A stretch of 64,000 nt of DNA from an uncultured Chloroflexia bacterium (GTDB lineage: Bacteria; Chloroflexota; Limnocylindria; Limnocylindrales; CSP1-4), in assembly GCA_963843335.1 (NCBI GenBank), contig CAWJKF010000003.1, forward strand, positions 18,207 through 82,206. The letters run 5' to 3'. The position numbers and the translations under genes were made by a program. Below, piece after piece: positions 18,975 through 29,250 of this stretch (position 1 is its first letter; each line of letters starts with the position of its first letter). A model generated the notes under the pieces. That model saw nothing but the letters and a program-made list of their open reading frames with translations, had not been told where the DNA came from and did no database searches.

Positions 18975-19562
18975 ATGACGTGCGTGACATCCACCGCCGG
19001 CGATCCCCAGCCCGCGCCCGCGACAGCCACGCGTCGGGGCCGGCTGACCGAGCTTGCCACCACGGTCATCCTGGCGGTGCTGCTCTACTGGGTCCTCCAG
19101 GCCTTCGTCGTGGGCACGTACCGCGTCGAGGGCATGTCCATGGAGGAGACCCTCCAGGACGGCCAGCACCTCCTGGTGGACAAGCTCACACCCCGGTTGT
19201 TCCCGTATCGCGACGGCGACATCGTGGTGCTCCATCCACCGGCATCGGAGCACTCCGACATCCCGTTCATCAAGCGGGTCATCGGCGTTGCCGGTGACCA
19301 CATCGAGATCCGGGACGGTACGGTGTGGCGCAACGGCGCCGCTCTCGATGAGACATACCTGCCACCCGGCAGCGTCACCCGGCCGACCGGGGGTCAGGCT
19401 TCCTGGGACGTGGACCCCGGTGACGTGCTGGTGATGGGCGACAACCGCCTCCACTCGGAGGATGGCCGGGTGTTCGGCGAGATCGCCGTGGACCAGGTCA
19501 TCGGACGTGCTTGGCTGCGCTTCTGGCCGCTGGACAGCCTCGGGACGGTGGGGGCGCCGTAG
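18975..19562 (+). CDS. lepB: signal peptidase I
   Basis: SPase I boxes GMSMEETL, IKRVIGVAGD, GDNRLHSEDGR. N-terminal TM anchor. Confidence 0.8.
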   Translation: MTCVTSTAGDPQPAPATATRRGRLTELATTVILAVLLYWVLQAFVVGTYRVEGMSMEETLQDGQHLLVDKLTPRLFPYRDGDIVVLHPPASEHSDIPFIKRVIGVAGDHIEIRDGTVWRNGAALDETYLPPGSVTRPTGGQASWDVDPGDVLVMGDNRLHSEDGRVFGEIAVDQVIGRAWLRFWPLDSLGTVGAP

Positions 19563-19582
19563 CGGCCGCCCTCCGGCCCGCC

Positions 19583-20197
19583 ATGGAGCAGCATCGACCG
19601 ACCGGCCAGGTGGTCGCTCGTCTGGGCCTGATCGTGGCCGCTGGCGTGACGCTCGGGGTCCTCACCATCGTGGGCCAGGGCGTCCTCGATGCCCGCTGGA
19701 ACCGGCTGGCGAACTCGGGTGCCATCTGGCTCCTGGTCGCTTGGCTGGTCGGGTCGCGGATGCCGACCGGACGGTGGGCCACAGGGTCGGGCTTCGTCGT
19801 CCTGGCGAGCGCGTTGGCCGGGTACTACGTGGCCGCGCTGGTGTCCGGAGCTGGCGTCTCGACCTCATCGGTCGTCATCTGGCTGGGTACCGCGGTCGTC
19901 GGCGGCCCTGTCTACGGGCTGGCGGGTCGGTGGTGGCGGGTGGGTGGCAGCGGCCAGCGCATCGTGGCCATCGGGCTCGCCGGTGGCATCCTCGTGGCCG
20001 AGGGCGTCTCGACGCTCATGCGCATCCCCGACCTGGCGGTCGTGGGCTGGATCGAGGCGGCCGCCGGCGTGCTGCTCGCGCTCGGGCTCGGTCGCACGTG
20101 GCGAGAGCGCGGGTCGGTGCTGCTCGTGGTCGTCGTGGTCACGCTGCTGGGCGTGGTGGCCTACGAGCTGCTCGATCGGATCATCGGCGCGAGCTGA
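19583..20197 (+). CDS. integral membrane protein of unknown function
   Basis: Start MEQHRP. Five or six hydrophobic helices. No family recognised. Confidence 0.5.
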   Translation: MEQHRPTGQVVARLGLIVAAGVTLGVLTIVGQGVLDARWNRLANSGAIWLLVAWLVGSRMPTGRWATGSGFVVLASALAGYYVAALVSGAGVSTSSVVIWLGTAVVGGPVYGLAGRWWRVGGSGQRIVAIGLAGGILVAEGVSTLMRIPDLAVVGWIEAAAGVLLALGLGRTWRERGSVLLVVVVVTLLGVVAYELLDRIIGAS

Positions 20198-20227
20198 CCG
20201 CCTTTCGGGCGGGACAGCCCCGTCCGG

Positions 20228-21025
20228 TCAACGCTCGAGCAGGAGCGTGTCCAGCCCTCGGGTCAGCCCGACTCGTCCCTGGACGCGCCGCACCGCGAGC
20301 AGCGTCCCGGCGACGTAGGGAACCGCCGAGAGCCCGGCATCGTGCCGGATGGTGAGGCGTTCGTCCGGCAGGCCGAAGATCGCCTCCGTGGAGACCGAGA
20401 AGCTCGGCAGCCGCACCGAATGCACCGGCACGCCGTCGACCTGGGCGCCGCGGGCCTCGCGGAGTCCATGGGTGGCCTCGATGGCCCGACCGAGGACCGG
20501 TGGCCGGGCGATGGCGAGCCGCTCCGCCAGCTCCCGCGCGGTCCCGCTCGGCGCGTCCGGCTTGGTGGCGCTGGAGTAGTCGATGATCTCCGCCTGGGGC
20601 AGGAAGGGCGCCACCAGGACCGCTGCCGCCTGCGCCATCGCTGCCGTGAGCGAGAAGTTGCCGGACGAGATGACGCCGACTCCAGCGGCCAGCGCCGCCC
20701 TATCGATGACCGCGTAGTCATCCGCGGTGAGCCCGGACGCGCCGATGATGACCGCCACGCCGCGGCCGATCGCGTGCAGCGTGTTGGCCATCACGGCCGT
20801 GTGGGAGGTGTACTCGATGAGCACGTCGACGCCGTCGAGGGCCTCCGCGACGGTCGCATGCACCGGTACGTCGATTGGCGCACGTCCCAGGGCCACGCCC
20901 AGGTCCTGGCCTGCGGCAGCACGTGCGACCGCCGAGCGCAGCACGAGGTCATCCGCGGCACGGACGCCCTCGACGAGCGCCCGGCCAGCCCAGCCGGTGG
21001 CGCCCGCGACGCAGACCGTGATCAC
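20228..21025 (-). CDS. dapB: 4-hydroxy-tetrahydrodipicolinate reductase
   Basis: GTG start gives N-terminus VITVCVAGATGWAGRAL (NAD-binding). DapB C-terminal domain pattern (VISSGNFSLTAAM...EIIDYSSATKPDAPSGTA). Confidence 0.7.
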   Translation of the reverse strand: MITVCVAGATGWAGRALVEGVRAADDLVLRSAVARAAAGQDLGVALGRAPIDVPVHATVAEALDGVDVLIEYTSHTAVMANTLHAIGRGVAVIIGASGLTADDYAVIDRAALAAGVGVISSGNFSLTAAMAQAAAVLVAPFLPQAEIIDYSSATKPDAPSGTARELAERLAIARPPVLGRAIEATHGLREARGAQVDGVPVHSVRLPSFSVSTEAIFGLPDERLTIRHDAGLSAVPYVAGTLLAVRRVQGRVGLTRGLDTLLLER

Positions 21026-21057
21026 GTCCGAGGTCCCGGCCAGGTCGCCGGAGGCGT

Positions 21058-21771
21058 TCAATCGCGCAGCCACGGCGTCGCGCCGGGGTCCCCGGGCAGC
21101 GAGGCGAGGAGCCGGAGCACGGGGACGGCGACCGAGAGACGATCCGCGATGAGTGCCGGCAGTGCCGTCGACTGCGCCTCGGCGTCCGAGAGCGCCATGC
21201 CGAAGGTGACATCCTTGAGCTTGAGCAGCTCGATGTCCTGGTCGTCCTTGGGGAAGCCCGCCGGACCTCGCTGGAGACGATCGCCGCCGACCTCCCCGAA
21301 CAGGGCCCGGAAGGACCGGCCGTCGATGGCCGCATGCACCCGCGCACGGTCATCGACGACCGCCTGTCGCCAGGCCGCGAGCCGCTCCGGCGCCGGATGC
21401 CACATGCCCCCGCCGAGATAGGCATGCCCGGGCTCGATGTGGATGTAGCCGCCGACACCACCGCCATCGCCCGTCCACGGGAAGCTCGCGCTGACCGCGG
21501 TCTTGTAGGGCGACTTGTCCTTGGAGAAGCGCACGTCGCGGTAGATCCGGAACGGCGAGCGCGCCGGGTCCGATGCCAGTGGCACCGTGCGCGCCCGGAA
21601 CTCGGCATCCAGCGCTTCGCAGAGCGCCTCGAGTGGTTCCTTGAGCAGCCGCTCGTAGTCAGCCTTGCGCGGCTGGAACCACGACCGCTCGTTGTTGAGG
21701 GCGAGCTCCACGAGGAACTGGAAGGCCGCCGGCTGGAACCCCTGGAACGACCCGCTTGCGTCGCCGCTCAT
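21058..21771 (-). CDS. DUF2461 / TIGR02453-family protein
   Basis: Characteristic blocks FQFLVELALNNERSWFQPRKADYE, YRDVRFSKDKSPYKT, GGYIHIEPG. Confidence 0.65.
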   Translation of the reverse strand: MSGDASGSFQGFQPAAFQFLVELALNNERSWFQPRKADYERLLKEPLEALCEALDAEFRARTVPLASDPARSPFRIYRDVRFSKDKSPYKTAVSASFPWTGDGGGVGGYIHIEPGHAYLGGGMWHPAPERLAAWRQAVVDDRARVHAAIDGRSFRALFGEVGGDRLQRGPAGFPKDDQDIELLKLKDVTFGMALSDAEAQSTALPALIADRLSVAVPVLRLLASLPGDPGATPWLRD

Positions 21772-21912
21772 GCTCGACCTCGCTCCGATGACGCTGGGAG
21801 CAGCGCCTGACCAGTGCCCCACATCTTCGCAGGTCCGCAGCGCCGTCCCGGCTCGGATCGCCCGACCGGTGAGCAGCGCGCCGGTACCCGGTGAGCGAGC
21901 GGCACCCGCCAG

Positions 21913-24900
21913 CTATCCCAGCGGCTGGGTGAGTCCGAGCTCGAAGCCCACGCGTGCCGCCTCCGTCCGGGAGCTCACGCCCAGCTTGCCCAGGATATTG
22001 GACACGTGGACGCCGGCCGTGTTCTCGCTGATGAACAGCTCCACGCCGATCTGGCGGTTGGTCCGACCGGCCGTGACCAGGGTCAGCACCTCCAGCTCGC
22101 GCGAGGTGAGGCCATACGGCCGTATCGCGACACGACCATCCGACCCTGGTCGGTCAGCCGACCCGGCACGTCCCAGCGATCCGCCCGTGCCCCGGATGCC
22201 GTATCGGCGCGCGACACCGAGCAGCCAGGATCGCAATGGCACAGCACCCAGGCGCCGCGCGACGACATCCGCGGCATCGAGCGCAGTCTCCGCGGCCTCC
22301 AGGTCGCCAGCGACGCCATGGGCGATCGCCGCGCGCACGGTGCAGTAGGCGGCCTCGTACGGGACCTCGACCGACTCCCACCGATCCTGGAGCGCGGTCC
22401 ACATCGTGGCCGTTGCCGCACCCTCGAGGCGGGCGAGCTCTGCCGCGATCATGTCCAGCTCCAGCTCGTTCCTGCGGGCGGTCGCAGTCGCCGGCTGGGC
22501 CATCCCGGCGCGAGCCGCCTCGGCCTGCTCGCGGTATCCCACGAGTCGGGCCCGGCATTCGAGCCGAGTCTCGAGGGTGTCTGAGGCGAGGCCCAGGTCT
22601 GCCGCGGCCCGGGCACCGAGACGTGCCAACCGGATCGTCAACGGGGACGACTCGCCGCCGCCCATGCGCAGCAGGCCATCGTCCGCGATGAGCATCGCGT
22701 CCGCGGGTCGTCCCTCCCACAGCCGGAGCTCGATACCCGCCAGCTGGGGTGGCACGCCGGCGGTCGTGGCTGATGGGTCGGAGCCAACGAGCTTCCAGGC
22801 ACGTTCCCAGTCGGCGGCCGCCTCGGGCCAGCCGCCGGCGACCTCGAGGGCGAGGGCATATCCCAGGCGGTAACGCTCGGACCCTGCGTCCTCGGCGTGG
22901 CGGGCGGTCGCCTCCGTCAACAAACGTTTGGCGAGCTCCCACTCGCCGAGGTCGAAGGCATGGAAGACACCGTTGATGCGGATGTAGAACCCATATACGG
23001 AGCTGACCCCGATCGCATCCGCGACCGCCGCGCCCTCGATCACCCGGTCCAGGGCCATCCGGGTCTCGCCCGCGAGGAACAGCGCATCCGACAGGTTCAC
23101 GTACGCTCGGCCGATGTCGTCCGCATTCCGGACCTCCCGGGCGATCGCCAGCGCCTGCTCGAGCGCCTCGATCCCCGGGATGGAGACGCCGACGTTGGCG
23201 AGACTCATGCCCAGCGTGTTGAGCGCATGGCCCTCCGCTTCACGCGCACCGGCCGCGCGCGCGACCTCGACCGCCTCACGGCACAGCTCGATCGCCAGCG
23301 TGGTGCTGGCCGATGAGCATGTGCACCTGGCCCAGGCCTGCGAGGGCACGCGCCCGCTCTGCCGTGGGTGGCTTGGCCGGTATCACCGCGACGGCCTCTT
23401 CGCTGAGCGCGACGGCCGCGGCCGAGTCGCCGGCGACCCAGACCACCCGGCCCAGCTGCTGCAGGAGCGTGCCGGTCCGACGCGGGTCGTCCTGGTCACG
23501 GGAGAGGGCGACCGCCTCACGCAGGAGGGCGATCGCCCGTCGGTCCTCGGATACGAGGTGGACGGCCCGGGCGGCGCGCTGCAGCAGCTCGATGCGGTCG
23601 ATGCCAGCGGCAGCCTCGGCATCCTGCAGCTGGTCCCATGTCCCGAGCGCATGTTCGTACTCGGTCGCCGCCTGCGAGAACGCATAGGCGTTCGACGCTT
23701 CGTCGCCAGCCCGCACCGACGCGATCAGGCCACGTCGCAGGTCGCGTGCCGAACGCCAGTGATGCGCCACCTCCGACCAGCTGCTGGAGGTGCCGGCCTG
23801 GGACGCCGATGACGACTCCAGGTGGGAGGCGAGCGCGCGATGCAGCTCCCGGCGTTCGCCGGGCAGCAGGTCCTCGTATGCCGCCTCCTGGACGAGCGCA
23901 TGCCGGAAGGCATAGCCCTCGTCACCGGTGGTCGAGACGACCACCAGCAGGCCGCCGTCGACGAGCTCCCGCAGGGTCGTCCGCAGATCGGGGACGCGGC
24001 TGGCCACGAGCGAGGCGAGGGTGTGGTCGTCGAGGGGCCGGCCGGCCACCGCGACGACGCCGAGCACGTATCGGGCAGCATCGGAGGCGCCGCCGATGCG
24101 CGACGCGAGCAGCTCCCGCAGGGAGGACGACAGGCCCTGGCCCTCGTCCACCACCCCCGACGCCAGCAGCTCCTCCGCGAAGAAGGGGTTGCCGTCGGAT
24201 CGTCGATGGATCGTGGTCACGAGGCTGGCCGGGGGCGTCCCGCCGAGCACCCCACTGATGAGCGCTTCGACCTCGCCCATCCCGAACGGCGCGAGCTCCA
24301 GTCGGACGGGCCGGACCGAGCGGGCCACCTCCGCCAGCCAGCCACGCAGCGGGTGGCGACGATGCAGCTCATCGCTGCGGTATGTGACGAGCAGTGACAC
24401 CCGCTCCGTCCGGAGGTTGCGGAACAGTGAGGCCGCGGCTCCCAGGGTGTCGCTATCGGCCCAGTGCATGTCCTCGAGGACCACGAGCACCGGCGCCCTG
24501 CCCGCGAGACGGGTGAGCAGGTCGTAGAGCGCGTCATGGATGCGTGCCTGGACCCAGCGTTCCTGCGTCAGGCCCGTCTCGCTGGGACGCAGCTCGGCGA
24601 CGAGGCGGCCCAGATCGCCGGCATTGGGACCCGCGAACGCGATCGCCTCCGCCCTCCCGACGCTCCGTACCCAGCCACGCAGCAGCTCCGAGAACGGCGC
24701 GTAGGGTGCTCCGCCGTCGCCGAGGTCCAGGCACCCGCCCGTCAGCACCTGCCAGCCATCCTCCCGGGCGACCCGGGTGCCCTCACCCACGAAGCGTGAC
24801 TTGCCGACGCCGGCCTCGCCCGAGACCAGCAGGTGGGTCGAGCGTCCGGCGGCCGACTCGGCCAGGGCGTGCCGCAGCTGATCCAGCTCCCCGTGCCGAC

Positions 24901-24946
24901 CGATGAACTCCGGACTGGTGACCCGCCTGCTCACGCTCCCGAGCAT
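21913..24946 (-). CDS. large LuxR-family transcriptional regulator (AAA+ ATPase, TPR-like region, C-terminal LuxR HTH) with an apparent frameshift near 23300
   Basis: N-terminal Walker A (LLVSGEAGVGKSRF) in ORF 23276..24946. TPR-like repeats and HTH_LuxR (NRQIGVELFISENTAGVHVSNILGKLGVSSRTEAA) in ORF 21913..23349. The two ORFs overlap in different frames. Confidence 0.6.
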
Positions 24947-24965
24947 AGCGATCGCTCCCGGCGCC

Positions 24966-25163
24966 TCAGCCGCGTCGGGGTGCCGTCGTCGTCAGTCGCG
25001 GCCTGCCGGGCTCGCCGTGGACCAGGCGCGCCAGGCGAGCGCGCCAGCCGGGTCCCCGCGTATCTGCCAGGCGAGCGGTGTGCGTGTGCTGTCCGTGGTG
25101 TGCCTCGGCGCGCATCCGGTCGATGCGCTCGGTGACCATGAGATCGGCGATGTGGGGATGCAT
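24966..25163 (-). CDS. small basic hypothetical protein immediately upstream of the LuxR-family gene
   Basis: ATG preceded by GGAGG at 6-nt spacing. 65 aa, MHPHIADLMVTERIDRMRAEA... Confidence 0.25.
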   Translation of the reverse strand: MHPHIADLMVTERIDRMRAEAHHGQHTHTARLADTRGPGWRARLARLVHGEPGRPRLTTTAPRRG

Positions 25164-25319
25164 GTCGGGCCTCCGTTCGGTGCCTGCGCCGGTTGGCGTG
25201 GGCACCACGATCGGCCTAACGGGGGGTCGGATGGATGCACAGGATCCACTAAAGGTGCGGCGAACCGCGCCTGCCCGGCCGTTATCCCGGCTGCGCACGA
25301 CCCGTCATGTCTCCCGTGG

Positions 25320-25931
25320 TCACATCTCCGGGAGGCTGCGCGCCCTCGCGAACACGGGGGCAGCCACCCGGACGGGCAGCGCCTCGCGCATCGCGGAACC
25401 CAGCTGCGGTCGAAGGCCACGACCATCCGGCGCCCGTCCCGCGAAGATGCGGGCCCGGTCGCGCATCGGCTCCGGTGCCGGACGAGCGGGCCGGGACGGG
25501 GTCGGCGGCCCGCTCGGGATCATCGTCGTGAAGGGTGTCGTGAGCTCGTCCAGCGTGAACGTCAGCAATGACAGGCGTCCGCCGTCTCCCGTATGCCACG
25601 CCAGCCAGCCATCCCCGGAGGCGTGCTGGACGAGCGTCAGGCCGCGGAGGTCGCGTTCATCTGCCAGCCGCCCGAGCGCCACGAGCGTCCGCTCGATGGG
25701 TCCGGCCGGCTGCCGGCTGCTTCGCCGTGCGGCCGCGGCCATCTGGGCCTGTCCCAGGTCCAGGTGGGTCAGGCGCCGCTCGACACGCGACCAGGTGCCG
25801 TCGAGCCGGTCGCCGATGCTCGCGACGACCTGGGCCCGGACGAGCAGGCCATCCGGCTGCTGGGTGATGACGACCCCGCGAGCGAGGTGCGCATCGAGGA
25901 CGGCCCCCAGAGGCCGCAGGATGTCCTGCAT
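25320..25931 (-). CDS. hypothetical protein
   Basis: Start MQDILRPLG. The first roughly 135 aa are globular-looking; the C-terminal third is low-complexity. Confidence 0.3.
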   Translation of the reverse strand: MQDILRPLGAVLDAHLARGVVITQQPDGLLVRAQVVASIGDRLDGTWSRVERRLTHLDLGQAQMAAAARRSSRQPAGPIERTLVALGRLADERDLRGLTLVQHASGDGWLAWHTGDGGRLSLLTFTLDELTTPFTTMIPSGPPTPSRPARPAPEPMRDRARIFAGRAPDGRGLRPQLGSAMREALPVRVAAPVFARARSLPEM

Positions 25932-26141
25932 CTGACGACGCCGCGGATCGATGGGTATGTACACGTTGGTCACACTCCTGAGTGGTTGTGTGCAGTGCAG
26001 TGTGGATCGGTGGCCGCGCGTGGGGATAGCCCGATGGTCGGGGAGCGATGGCGCCAGACGTCCCCTCGGTCCGATGGCAGTGGCGCACGTGGGATGCTCG
26101 ATGGCTTGCCAGATATAGAACGTCTGTCCTATCCTGACCCG

Positions 26142-26432
26142 ATGAGCGAGCGGCCGGTGTTCCCCCAGGGACGGACGGAGGTGTCCGTCAACGCGACCTG
26201 GTTCGACACCCGCTGGCGACTCGAGGCACGCGCCGATGGACACCTCTGCGCGGCGACCGCGAATCCGCCGATGCTCGGCGTCGTGGGCCGCTCCGCGGTC
26301 CGCTTGGGCGAGTACCTCGCCATCGTCATCGATGGCTGGACCGCGGACGAGCCACCCTCCCCGGTGTTCCACAGCGAGTGGCGGGAAGTGGCAGACCTCA
26401 TCGCAGAGTTCGAGGGGCACCGCCCACGCTAG
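26142..26432 (+). CDS. small hypothetical protein
   Basis: Start MSERPVF preceded by an AT-rich stretch (agatatagaacgtctgtcctatcc). 96-aa globular composition. Confidence 0.35.
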   Translation: MSERPVFPQGRTEVSVNATWFDTRWRLEARADGHLCAATANPPMLGVVGRSAVRLGEYLAIVIDGWTADEPPSPVFHSEWREVADLIAEFEGHRPR

Positions 26433-26484
26433 CGCGCCCCGCATCAAGCGGCTCGCGAGGCACGCGGCACGCCACGAGGCCGGG

Positions 26485-27681
26485 TCAGGGCGTCGTGGTC
26501 GGGACCTGTCCCAGGAACGTGGCTGCCTTGGACGTGTTCGGCCCCGTGTACCGTGCGGCTGCTGCGAGGAGCGTGCCATCGGTGAGCTCGAGCGTGGTCG
26601 ATACGCCATAGCCCTTGAGCTCGGGTGCCGCGGTCTGCTGCCATGCCGACCCATCCACCGTCTGCCACAGTCGGTCGGCACCGAAGGCGATGACCTGCGG
26701 GCCGAGGACCCCGAGCGTGGTGATGGTGCCCGACGTGACGTCGAGCGACCGCGTCCAGGACGTGCCATCGGGCGAGGTCCAGACAGAGGCCGCCTGCTTG
26801 CTGGCGATGTTCTGGATGACGCCGATGGCGAACCCCACCGGGGTCCAGCGAAGGTCGATGACACCGCTCGGCGCATCCGTCAGCCCTGCCAGCTGGGCAC
26901 TCCCGAGGATGCCGTCGTGGAGCGTCCAGGTGATCGGGACCGTCACGCCACCCGCTTCCGCCAGATTCCCGCCAACGGCGACGGTGCCGTCTGCGGCAAC
27001 TGCCACCCGGACCGGGCGTCCCGCGTCACCCAGGACCAGCGGCAGCCACGTCAGCCCATCCAGGGAGCTCCACAACGTGGGGATGCCAGCAGGACCGGGG
27101 GTCCCCGATTGCCCGACGGCGACCAACCCCGCGGCCGTCGCGGCGATGTCCGTGAAGCTCGTGTCGGGCAGCACGTGATGGGTCCATGCGACGCCGTCGG
27201 CCGAGGTCCAGGTCCCGCCGCCCCCGATGGCGACGAAGCCAGCGGCCGTGGACACGACGCCGGACGCACCGGACAGCCTGGGTGTCTTCCATGACGAGCG
27301 CGCCCACCTGCGGCCATCGCTCGAATGCCAGGCCGCCGCCGTCGGATGACCGGCCTTGTCGCGCACGATGCCGACCATGACGATGGTGCCGTCCGGACCC
27401 TGCGCGAGGCTGCTGAAGTAAGGGCTGCGGTCGAATCCCTTGCCCTTCGTGGACATCGTCCAATCGATGGGCGCGGCCCCGCCCGGCACGGGCGCCGCGT
27501 CCGGCGACGTGGCGGGCAGCGATGCGAGGGGGGAGGGCATCGCGATCGGCTGCGGCGAGGCCATCGAGCTGACCGCTGGCGACGTGGCGGGCACGGCCGC
27601 TGCGACCGGGCCGGTCATGACCAGACCGGTGACCACGACGCTCAGCCCAAGGGCGACCCGGAACGTCGGTCGAACGTGCAT
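26485..27681 (-). CDS. secreted BNR/Asp-box repeat protein (sialidase-like beta-propeller)
   Basis: Start MHVRPTF with signal peptide. Repeated SxDxGxTW Asp-boxes (TSADGVAWT, SSLDGLTWL, TSPDGTSWT, QTVDGSAWQ, HSSDGRRWA). Confidence 0.65.
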   Translation of the reverse strand: MHVRPTFRVALGLSVVVTGLVMTGPVAAAVPATSPAVSSMASPQPIAMPSPLASLPATSPDAAPVPGGAAPIDWTMSTKGKGFDRSPYFSSLAQGPDGTIVMVGIVRDKAGHPTAAAWHSSDGRRWARSSWKTPRLSGASGVVSTAAGFVAIGGGGTWTSADGVAWTHHVLPDTSFTDIAATAAGLVAVGQSGTPGPAGIPTLWSSLDGLTWLPLVLGDAGRPVRVAVAADGTVAVGGNLAEAGGVTVPITWTLHDGILGSAQLAGLTDAPSGVIDLRWTPVGFAIGVIQNIASKQAASVWTSPDGTSWTRSLDVTSGTITTLGVLGPQVIAFGADRLWQTVDGSAWQQTAAPELKGYGVSTTLELTDGTLLAAAARYTGPNTSKAATFLGQVPTTTP

Positions 27682-28497
27682 GCCCGCACCTCTTGTCGTG
27701 GCGCCGGGCCCGACCCAGGGCGACGGCTGGTCAGCGTCCGCGCATCCTAGCCGGTGGCCGGCGCAGATGGACCGACACCGCATCACGACCAGTCGGACGG
27801 GATCCCAGCCCAGCGTCTGGCGCGCGAGGCGATTACTCACGAGCTCCCCGTCATCGACGACGTTGTAGACGCCGGCCGGCCCACGGTCCACGGCGAGTGC
27901 CGCCGCCCGGGCTGCAGCCACGACATGGACGCTCGGCAGATCACCCGGGGCGTCCCCGACGGTCCCCGGGCCGTAGAGATACCCGTAGCGGAGGACGATC
28001 CCATCGAAGCCGCGCGTGTGCGTCACGAGCCGCTCCAGCTCCAGCAGACCAGGCAGCGTCAGGTCGCCCGGGCCGCCCGGCTGGCGCAGCGGGTCCGCCT
28101 CCTGGTGCGGCAATGGCCCTTCGGCGTACGTCCAGGCGCCACCCTGGGCGATGAGCCGGCTCGCGCCAGCGGCGAGCGTGGCGGTAACCAGGTTCGCGGT
28201 CCCGATCCGGCGCAACCGGACGTTCCGCTGGAGGCTCGCCGCGTCGAACCCGGACGAGAGGTCCGTCAGCTGATGGATGACGACGTCTGGTCGGGTATCC
28301 ACCACGATGTCACGCAGCGTGTCGCTGTCGAACACGTCCACCACCGCCGCCTCGGCACCGAGCGCGCGCAACCACGTGGCACGTTCGTTCGATCGGGTCG
28401 TGCCGGTCACCACGTGTCCGGCACCGATGAGCATCGGCACCAGCTGCCGGCCGATGGCGCCGGTCGCACCCGCGACCACGATTCGTCGCACAGCCAT
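27682..28497 (-). CDS. NAD-dependent epimerase/dehydratase (NmrA-like) with no in-frame stop before the downstream BNR gene
   Basis: MAVRRIVVAGATGAIGRQLVPMLIGAGHVV Rossmann N-terminus. Reading frame is continuous into 26485..27681 (single 683-aa ORF in the track). Confidence 0.6.
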
Positions 28498-28553
28498 CAC
28501 ATCCCCCTCGGTCCGGCACCACTCCACGCCGGGCATCGACCCATACTTGGGTC

Positions 28554-29104
28554 ATGCGCGAACGATCGCTCGCTGAGCTGGAGGTCGGCCTGGCTGACAT
28601 CCTCGCTGCCCCGAGATCCCCTGGTCGCGTCGTGCTCATCGCGCGGCGGCCCGGCATCGGCGAGCGTGAGCTCCTGCGCAGCGCCACCCTGGATGTGGAC
28701 CAGGGACTCGTCGGGGATGGCTGGGCCAGCCGGGGCAGCAGACGGATGCCCGACGGGTCGTCCGACCGCGAGGCGCAGGTGACCATCATGAGCAGCCGGG
28801 TCGCGACGCTGCTGGCCGGGGCAGCCCGGAGGACTGGGCGCTCGCGGGCGACCAGCTGTATGTCGACCTCGCCCTGGGCGTGGACGACCTGCCGCCCGGC
28901 AGCCGCCTGCGGCTGGGCACGGCCGTGGTGGAGATCTCGGCCGTGGCCCACAACGGCTGCGTCAAGTTCGCGGGACGGTTCGGGTCGGATGCGCTCCGGT
29001 TCGTGAGCAGCCCGAACGCTCGACAGCACCGGCTGCGGGGCGTGAATACCCGCGTGGTGATGCCGGGCGAGGTACGTCTCGGCGACCCGGTCGTCCCCGA
29101 GTAG
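28554..29104 (+). CDS. MOSC-domain protein with an apparent frameshift near 28830
   Basis: MOSC N-part (GRVVLIARRPGIGEREL) in ORF 28554..29006. C-part (LAGDQLYVDLALGVDDLPPGSRLRLGTAVVEISAVAHNGCVKF) in the frame of ORF 28880..29104. Confidence 0.55.
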
Positions 29105-29250
29105 CCCGCTCGATCCCCCCTCGTATCAGCCCGCCGAGATCAGGGCTTCTTGACCACCGGCTTCGGCCCGCCCTTGGGCTTCTTGCCGCCGCCCTTGCTG
29201 CCCGGTCCCTTGTCACCCATCAGATGATCCTCCATGCGGATGAAGCGAGC

